DNA of 64,000 bases from Planctomycetota bacterium (GTDB lineage: Bacteria > Planctomycetota > JACQVV01 > JASMLP01), in the NCBI GenBank assembly GCA_030748635.1, contig JASMLP010000112.1, forward strand, positions 1,422 to 65,421. The letters run 5' to 3'. This document shows positions 57,464 through 64,000 of this stretch, piece by piece; position 1 is the stretch's first letter, and each line of letters begins with the position of its first letter. The translations under genes and the position numbers were made by a program. The notes under the pieces are model-generated. The model was not told the DNA's origin and made no database searches. It saw only the letters and a list, made by a program, of their open reading frames with translations.

Positions 57464-59347
57464 GTGGAATCGATTCACCCCTCTTCACTCCGGTCCCGAA
57501 CCAGGTTTCTATCCGCCCCCCTACTCCTTCTGGCTTGCCTTGTGGCCCCAGGATGTGACGACCCTCCCCCCACCGACCCCGTCCCGCCCCAAACCCCACC
57601 CCCCCAGCCTTTACTCTCTCGTTCATCGAATCCTGACCCCCACCCCACCGCCTCCTCCTCGGAGGTGGATGACCCCACCTCTCCCGATCCCGAGCGGGGG
57701 GCCCATCTTTTCGCCCACTACTGCGCGATCTGCCACGGTCCAACCGGTCGTGGCGACGGCATGAATGCGCATTACCTGGAAAACATCCAGCTTCCCGACC
57801 TCTCCGCCCCCCAATACGTGGAAGAGCGAGGAATCCAGACCATCATGGAGATCATCCGTGACGGGGGAGCCGGCACCTCCACTCAACGGTCTGCCATGCC
57901 CGCCTACAAACACACCTTCAGCAAAAGTGACTTTCAGGACATCATCGCCCATATTCAACGACTCCCCAACTGCACAGCCGCCCGAGCGTCCAATCTCTCT
58001 ACGAGTTCCGATCCTGCCTGCGGCACCTGTCACAACATGGGGGGAACAGAACTCCTGGCCGCCGCGAACTGCGCTGCCTGCCACCTGATCCCCGGCCTGA
58101 AACGACGGGCAAAACGTGCCCCTTCCCTGACCGGGGTGGGCGGTCGACTGAAAAGACCCTGGCTCTACGACTTTCTCCAGATGCCCTATAACCGCCGCGC
58201 AGGAGGTTATATCCCCTCGGAAACGGTCCGCATGCCAGATTTCGATCTCAACGATTCAGAGCGCCTTGTCCTGACCGAGTTCCTGGCCTCGCGCTCTATC
58301 CAAGAAATCGAATGGAAACACCAATTCATTCCCGGTCCACCTCGGACACCGGAAGTCATCAGGCGGGCCGCCCAACCCATTCTCGAATCCAAACGTTGCC
58401 TGGCCTGTCACAAGATCGGATCGGAAGGGGGTAAAGTCGGGCCCGATCTTACGGAGGCGGGTACGCGCCTTCATCCCCAGTGGATCTACAACTGGATTCT
58501 TTCCCCACAAAGCCATGTCTCAGAATCCCCCATGCCCAACCCGGGCCTTTCGGCCGAGGAAGCCCACACCTTGACAGAATATCTCCTCACTCTCCGTGAG
58601 CCACAGACCGAACAGGCCATGTCGAAATCTCACCACCCTCTTCCTCCGCCATCCAAGGGAACGGCACTCCCCCAAACCCGTTCGTCAGAGAATATCGAAA
58701 AGGGGAAAAACCTGTACATGCAGCTGGGATGCTGGGGGTGTCACGATCTGAAAGGTTTCGATTACAAACAGCTTCAAAAAGATCTCGGTCCGATCGGGCC
58801 GGACCTTACGCTTGCAGGAATACGCCTATCTCGTGACTGGGTCTATGAATTTCTCTGGAAGCCCCATCCGATACGACCTGAACTCGGTTCTCGGATGCCA
58901 AGAATGCGTTTTACCCGAGACGAGATCGCCTCGATCGTCAACACCCTGGAGGATATCGCCGACGAGAACACCCCCAGATCCCGCCAGATTTTGCGCCAGG
59001 CACTTCGGAAACACACCACGGGATCCCACACTCCTTCCACCGAATCGGGGAGCGAACTCTTTGTACGCTTCGACTGCCATAGCTGCCACCAACTCGGAAG
59101 TACCACATTTCCACCGGTAAAAACCCCCTACTTTCCCCCCGAGGAAAATCGACGGCGCCGCCGATGGGCTCCCGATCTGTCCCACGCCGCCGACCGACTC
59201 CAGCGAGACTTCACCTTTTCCTGGCTACTCGATCCAGTCACAATAAAGGGAAACCGTGAATCCCTCATGCCCAAGGTGGGGCTCTCGGAGTCGCAAGCGT
59301 TTCAGATTCTAGAATATATAGTCCCTAAAAAGGAGTCGAGCCGATGA
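57464..59347 (+). CDS. Six-heme c-type cytochrome, probable lipoprotein
   Basis: CAICH, CGTCH, CAACH, CLACH, CWGCH, CHSCH; repeated GPDL..G.RL...W...MP modules; LVAPGC lipobox-like. Confidence 0.9.
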   Translation: MESIHPSSLRSRTRFLSAPLLLLACLVAPGCDDPPPTDPVPPQTPPPQPLLSRSSNPDPHPTASSSEVDDPTSPDPERGAHLFAHYCAICHGPTGRGDGMNAHYLENIQLPDLSAPQYVEERGIQTIMEIIRDGGAGTSTQRSAMPAYKHTFSKSDFQDIIAHIQRLPNCTAARASNLSTSSDPACGTCHNMGGTELLAAANCAACHLIPGLKRRAKRAPSLTGVGGRLKRPWLYDFLQMPYNRRAGGYIPSETVRMPDFDLNDSERLVLTEFLASRSIQEIEWKHQFIPGPPRTPEVIRRAAQPILESKRCLACHKIGSEGGKVGPDLTEAGTRLHPQWIYNWILSPQSHVSESPMPNPGLSAEEAHTLTEYLLTLREPQTEQAMSKSHHPLPPPSKGTALPQTRSSENIEKGKNLYMQLGCWGCHDLKGFDYKQLQKDLGPIGPDLTLAGIRLSRDWVYEFLWKPHPIRPELGSRMPRMRFTRDEIASIVNTLEDIADENTPRSRQILRQALRKHTTGSHTPSTESGSELFVRFDCHSCHQLGSTTFPPVKTPYFPPEENRRRRRWAPDLSHAADRLQRDFTFSWLLDPVTIKGNRESLMPKVGLSESQAFQILEYIVPKKESSR

Positions 59348-59850
59348 TTCAGGTCGGCATTCTTAGCGATACCCACGGAGAACTCGTCCCCTATCTTTTT
59401 GAATATCTGCAGGGTGTGGATCACATCATTCACGCTGGAGATATCGGCAGTGAATCTCTCATCACCGAACTGGAGGCCATCGCTCCAGTCACCGCGGTAC
59501 GAGGTAACACCGATCACAATCTTCCAGACCGATTCCCCCTCTTCGCAGAGGTATCGATAGGAGAGGTGCTCTTCTGTATTACCCATATTGTGGATAGCCC
59601 AGAGCAAGCCCACCCCTCCATTCAAAGCCGATTGAATACCGAGAAGTCAAACGTCGTGGTCTTTGGTCATACCCATATTCCTTACATGGCCAAGCACGAA
59701 TCGGTCCTCTATCTCAACCCGGGAGCCGCCGGTCCACGTCGATATCGATTCCCCAGAACAGCCTGCAAAATGCTCCTCACTGAAAAAGGACCTCCAGAAA
59801 CGATCTATCAGGATCTCGACTCCCACACCCCCTACCCCTTTCCTTCCTGA
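59344..59850 (+). CDS. Metallophosphoesterase (YfcE/MJ0936 family)
   Basis: LSDTHG, HAGD, VRGNTD, FGHTH, LNPG. Confidence 0.93.
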   Translation: MIQVGILSDTHGELVPYLFEYLQGVDHIIHAGDIGSESLITELEAIAPVTAVRGNTDHNLPDRFPLFAEVSIGEVLFCITHIVDSPEQAHPSIQSRLNTEKSNVVVFGHTHIPYMAKHESVLYLNPGAAGPRRYRFPRTACKMLLTEKGPPETIYQDLDSHTPYPFPS

Positions 59851-60635
59851 TGGAGCGTGTTTCGTCGCTACAGCCAGCCCTACTGGTTGTCATTCTGGTG
59901 TCTATCATCATGAATGTTTGGCTCGTATATGAGATCCGAACTCGACACCACCAGTCCCTCTCCACGACCCAAAAGCTGCGAAAACGAATTTCCGACCTGG
60001 AGGCGGGCGCCCGATCCATCGCCATGAAAAACAGCATGGACTCTCTGAACCAGATACTGCGTGAGGAAGCAGAAGAAACACTCGATCAACTTCCCCGCCT
60101 ACTCGCGATCCTCGGTCCAAGCTGGACCTTGAACCACCTCCTCGATCTGAGCCAGAAATTTCCCACCTCCAGCAAGATCCATCTGGAAGCCGGAGCCTTG
60201 GCGTACCGGATCGGGGATCAGAAAAAGTCGCAACACTTCCTGACCCAGGCGGTCTTAAGCGACCCTTCAGCATCAGCAGGTCTAATGCTTTTGTCCTTTA
60301 GTTATGATCTCGATGGCGACTCGGACCGCGCACGATTCTTTGCTGAACAAACGGTAGAATCAAACCCGGACGGCGCTTACGGGTTCCTGGCTCGGGCCTA
60401 CCTGGCTTCTGCCCAAGAAGAATCTCCTCGATCGATCCGATCTCTACTCGATCACGCCATTTCCCTCCGCCCCAAACTTCCTTTCGGCTATATCCTCCGG
60501 GCCCGAACATGGATTCAGGATCAGCAACCAGACCGAGCTCGCTCCGACCTACACCGTGCTCGAAAAATCGACCCAAGACTACAACGTATCGATCAAGTCG
60601 AGTCACTCCTTTCCCCGAGTTCAACCCCACGATAG
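59850..60635 (+). CDS. Membrane-anchored TPR protein
   Basis: N-terminal TM, coiled coil, TPR-like repeats. Confidence 0.75.
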   Translation: MERVSSLQPALLVVILVSIIMNVWLVYEIRTRHHQSLSTTQKLRKRISDLEAGARSIAMKNSMDSLNQILREEAEETLDQLPRLLAILGPSWTLNHLLDLSQKFPTSSKIHLEAGALAYRIGDQKKSQHFLTQAVLSDPSASAGLMLLSFSYDLDGDSDRARFFAEQTVESNPDGAYGFLARAYLASAQEESPRSIRSLLDHAISLRPKLPFGYILRARTWIQDQQPDRARSDLHRARKIDPRLQRIDQVESLLSPSSTPR

Positions 60636-60653
60636 CCCAAGCCCCCTCACCTC

Positions 60654-61631
60654 ATGGCCAAGAAAAAAATTCAGAAACCTTCTCCATCCTCCAGCCATCG
60701 CCCGGAGACTTCGGAAAAAAGCTCTCGAAGTCGCAACGAGAGGTTACACCCCGACGAACAACTTGCCAGTTCGGTCATTGACGCGGCCTTTCGGGTCGCA
60801 GGAGAAAGTGATTCCGAAACGGTACTCATCCATCTCCGAACGGTTCCCGAGTCGATTCGAGCCCACACGCTAACCGACCGAAAAAGCCTTCTTCTCATCG
60901 CCCGCTCCAACGAAGAAGCCCAAATCGCGCGTACTTTTACCTCGCGAGTCGTCCAGATACCGCCGATCACCTTATCTCGCATGGGGCAGATGAAGGTCGC
61001 TGTATTGATCGCCATGACCAAGGGATTTATTCATCCGCATGAAACCGTCGTCGCCCTGGCTGGCCCGGGTGGACGCGATTCGATCGACTCCCTGATCGTG
61101 ATGGATATTTCCAGGGAACTCGAACTCTTCAGTCTGGCCCATGAAAAAGGGACTTTACCCGCGGGGGTCCAACCGGAAGTATTCGAACGTATTCTTTTTC
61201 TGGCCAGCAGACTGGCCATCGAAGGCCGTGAAGGAAAATCGATCGGGACCATCTTCGTGATTGGAGATGTCAAGCGTGTCAACGAATACACGACTCAACT
61301 CATCATCAATCCATTTCAGGGACACCCGGCAAAAGACTGCAATATTCTCGACTCTCGACTGACAGAAACCGTCAAGGGCTTCGCCGCCATTGACGGAGCC
61401 TTTATCATCAACGGCAAAGGAGTCATCCAGTCCGCCGGCACTCTCCTCCCCACTTCTCTTGCCCAAGAGGGCAAAGGGAACAGTGGCCTGGGGTCTCGCC
61501 ACGCTGCCGCCCGATGTATCAGCGCGACCACCGACTGTCTCGCCATTGCGATCAGCCAATCCACCGGTACGATCCGAATCTATCGGGGAGGACAGGAGGT
61601 CATGGCCATTCAAGGCGCGGACACGAACTGA
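60654..61631 (+). CDS. Diadenylate cyclase (DisA_N domain), DacZ/CdaZ-like
   Basis: EGREGKSIGTIFVIGD, NPFQG, AIDGAFII, GLGSRHAAA, ISQSTG; soluble N-terminal domain. Confidence 0.88.
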   Translation: MAKKKIQKPSPSSSHRPETSEKSSRSRNERLHPDEQLASSVIDAAFRVAGESDSETVLIHLRTVPESIRAHTLTDRKSLLLIARSNEEAQIARTFTSRVVQIPPITLSRMGQMKVAVLIAMTKGFIHPHETVVALAGPGGRDSIDSLIVMDISRELELFSLAHEKGTLPAGVQPEVFERILFLASRLAIEGREGKSIGTIFVIGDVKRVNEYTTQLIINPFQGHPAKDCNILDSRLTETVKGFAAIDGAFIINGKGVIQSAGTLLPTSLAQEGKGNSGLGSRHAAARCISATTDCLAIAISQSTGTIRIYRGGQEVMAIQGADTN

Positions 61632-61637
61632 TCCCGT

Positions 61638-62378
61638 TTATTCCCCAAAAAGACAGGTGACTTCAGATTCATAGTCCTCACGACTGGACACCTGGGACTC
61701 CATCTCCTCTCGCAACAATTCCATGAACTGCTTACGGACCCAGTGTAATCCGTTGCGTACCTGGTGAGTTGTCAGCGAGAACTCCTCGGCCAACTCGTCA
61801 TAAGTGGCTCGCCCCTCCTCTTCACGACTCAAATCGTATCGAACGAGACAATCGACCAGGACTTCTCGACCCTTCTTCCTGGCGACCTCACGAAGGCGAA
61901 CGATAGCCGCGTCGACAACCGCTTCCCTCCAGTCCTCATCGAACTGAATCATCGGATCTGAATGGGTTGGTGCTGGCACATCGAAACGAGCATCCTCCTG
62001 CCTCAGGCCATCCAGAGAAAAAACCCCTCCTTCTGGATTTCGCTTGAGCGCCAAAGCCGCTCGCTTCTGATTGAGCAAAAAATTTCGTAACGAAGCGCAA
62101 ACAAAGCTCCGGAATTTTCCTCGCTCTCCTTTCACATCGTCCAGATAGCTTTTCTCCAGAAAAGTAGCGAAAAAATCCTGCGTAAGATCTTTTGCCTGCT
62201 CGACATCTCGAGTCCAGTTTCGGTGTACATAGAAATAGACCGGTCGCCAGTAGCGACGGCACAGATCCTCCAGTGCGGCACTATTCACCTCTTCCTGGCA
62301 TCGCACGATCTGACTCCAAGACGTTTCCGGAAATGGACCCGGCCCCCCCATCATGCTCGTTTGCCAGTTCTCTGCCAT
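61638..62378 (-). CDS. ECF sigma factor of the FPxTxWS / YWRPVY type
   Basis: FPETSWSQI, ALEDLCRRYWRPVYFY, AKDLTQDFF, GKFRSF, TYDELAEEF; start set at MAENW to avoid overlap with the upstream gene. Confidence 0.85.
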   Translation of the reverse strand: MAENWQTSMMGGPGPFPETSWSQIVRCQEEVNSAALEDLCRRYWRPVYFYVHRNWTRDVEQAKDLTQDFFATFLEKSYLDDVKGERGKFRSFVCASLRNFLLNQKRAALALKRNPEGGVFSLDGLRQEDARFDVPAPTHSDPMIQFDEDWREAVVDAAIVRLREVARKKGREVLVDCLVRYDLSREEEGRATYDELAEEFSLTTHQVRNGLHWVRKQFMELLREEMESQVSSREDYESEVTCLFGE

Positions 62379-62490
62379 ACTCACCATGCTAGGCTGCGAG
62401 CATCTTCCTGGCAAGAGGAGAGCTAGAGGGTCTTTACTCTTCGAATGAGCGATGCCGCCAATCCAGAGTCTACTCCGCCGAAAATCGAGT

Positions 62491-63660
62491 TCAGCGTGTT
62501 CGGCTGATGTAAAAAATCTTCCAGATCCCCGACTCCCGAACCAAGCGATAGTGCAAAGTTTCCGCTCCTTCCCGGCGAATTTCCACCAGAGCTTGATCCT
62601 CATCTACCCGAACCCGAATTCTATCGTGCGATAACTTTTCCGGAGCGGGATGTTCCTGGGAAGCCGTCTTGCGTGTCAGAGAGTCCAGAATCTGCTTCCG
62701 GTACTCCTTACCCAAAAGGGACCAAAGCACCTCAAACTCCTGCGAACTCATCTCACGATGCAAGATGTTACGAGCCAAACTTTCCCGAAAGCCTTCTCGA
62801 AAGGCGATGCGTCTCTCCAATCGCCGTCGATTTCCTTCGGCGATACCAACCAGAAAATCGAACACCGCATCGTGAGTCGCCGGATCCTGCCCTTTTTCTG
62901 CTCGCTCCAACCAATCCGATTCGATGGGAACGAACAGGACAGAATCCACTCCCGCCTCTCCCGACCCGAACCCTAATACACGACCCGTTTCATCCAACCA
63001 GTAAGTAAACAGTCGTTGGCGAGTCCCATCCGGCCCCAAAGAGGATTCTTCAACCCGAAGCCCCTGAATGGGACGATTTCCGAGAAGACAGGTTTCGAAC
63101 TGGCCCACAACCATCTCGACTCGCTCAATTTTGCCTGAATCTTGGAGCATGAGGAAAGCCGTTCGTGAACCGGGAACCGGATCCAGATACCGCACAAGGA
63201 CCATCGACAGATCGAATCCGACCACTTCGCCCCGGTAGGGAGTCCATTGCTCCTTCACCGAGGTAGTCCTCAACCGCCACCGGTCTCCTTCTAAACGCAA
63301 CAACAGAACATTTCGGATTTCCTCTTCTCCCAGAATAGCTTCCCGCCGGTACAGAGTCGGACGCAAACGATGATCCAGACTGTAATCGAAAGCCATTTCC
63401 ACCGTATGGAATCGCGAACGAGCCCGAAGCCGCCACTCTTTTCGACGAGCCGCATCCTCTCGGGCCATCGAAAAGCGGAAAAAACCCAAATACTGTCCAT
63501 TCCGGTAGGTCGCGTAGACCCCATCTAATACGGTACCCGACGCTAAACGGGAGAAACGATCGAGAACCGATTGTCCCTTCCGAAGAGCCTCATCCGAAGC
63601 GCCAGCCCCGCTCAGCACCACCAGTAGCGCCGTGAACCAAAATTTAGTGTATGACATCAT
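62491..63660 (-). CDS. Hypothetical exported protein
   Basis: Signal peptide [16 protein letters not shown]; C-terminal [12 protein letters not shown] suggests an NTF2-like end. Confidence 0.72.
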   Translation of the reverse strand: MMSYTKFWFTALLVVLSGAGASDEALRKGQSVLDRFSRLASGTVLDGVYATYRNGQYLGFFRFSMAREDAARRKEWRLRARSRFHTVEMAFDYSLDHRLRPTLYRREAILGEEEIRNVLLLRLEGDRWRLRTTSVKEQWTPYRGEVVGFDLSMVLVRYLDPVPGSRTAFLMLQDSGKIERVEMVVGQFETCLLGNRPIQGLRVEESSLGPDGTRQRLFTYWLDETGRVLGFGSGEAGVDSVLFVPIESDWLERAEKGQDPATHDAVFDFLVGIAEGNRRRLERRIAFREGFRESLARNILHREMSSQEFEVLWSLLGKEYRKQILDSLTRKTASQEHPAPEKLSHDRIRVRVDEDQALVEIRREGAETLHYRLVRESGIWKIFYISRTR

Positions 63661-63776
63661 GCGGACAGAGATTGTACGAAAAACTCTCCAGTAGAGAGTA
63701 TCGAATCGATCGTTATCCTAACGTAGCATGGTATCGAGGCCTTCATCTTCAACCCTTTCTCTACAAACCAAACGAC

Positions 63777-64000
63777 ATGAGCATTCATATCAACCGAGTC
63801 TACACCCGTGGCGGAGACAAAGGACGCACCTCCCTAGTTGGGGGCCAAAGAGTCGACAAACACGATCTCCGGATCGAAGCCTATGGGACCATCGATGAAC
63901 TCAACAGTTGCGTCGGGTTGGCCCGATCCGCAAACCGCTCCACCCCCTTCAACGGTTCGGACGAGCTGGATTCGGAATTCACATGGTTACAAAATCGGAT
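63777..64000 (+). CDS. pduO: PduO-type cob(I)alamin adenosyltransferase, 3' truncated by window edge
   Basis: Hand translation [47 protein letters not shown]. Confidence 0.93.
   Translation, partial: MSIHINRVYTRGGDKGRTSLVGGQRVDKHDLRIEAYGTIDELNSCVGLARSANRSTPFNGSDELDSEFTWLQNR

Noticed and set aside
62379-62603. 75-aa N-terminal extension of the ECF sigma
   Set aside because: Overlaps the upstream gene and has no sigma-like sequence
63777-64000. PduO plus the acylating aldehyde dehydrogenase as a microcompartment locus
   Set aside because: About 60 kb apart with no shell genes; stand-alone PduO is common

Overview
A 64 kb bacterial chromosomal segment with no integrase, transposase or CRISPR array that I could see. 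The gene content points to Planctomycetota (inference): H-X9-DG prepilin-like proteins, a DUF6677-type protein, giant Ser/Thr kinase-TPR receptors and HEAT-repeat lipoproteins. Housekeeping genes (tgt, tmk, efp, coaD, lnt, moeA, tRNA-Val(GAC), ktrB/ktrA, proline dehydrogenase, partial pduO) are interleaved with a very dense signalling complement: six Hanks-type kinase genes, five FHA-domain proteins, two ECF sigma factors, a diguanylate cyclase and a diadenylate cyclase. The best candidate for an undescribed system is 39.9-55.1 kb. A minus-strand operon encodes FHA-TadA/CpaF, TadB, TadC, DUF192, two membrane-anchored FHA proteins (one with four repeated Thr motifs), a kinase, an FHA-pseudokinase and a receptor kinase with MshEN-like (putative c-di-GMP-binding) N-terminal repeats. 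It converges on an FHA-GAF-GAF-GGDEF cyclase, suggesting a Tad apparatus controlled jointly by Thr phosphorylation and c-di-GMP. Other notable items: two unannotated paralogous micro-proteins (561-1050), an N-terminally truncated divergent RecA paralogue, an FlhF in an ECF/anti-sigma/kinase operon, a CRIPT-like Cys domain, a KtrB with a voltage-sensor-like extension and a six-heme lipoprotein. All family calls are by visual motif recognition; no database searches were run.
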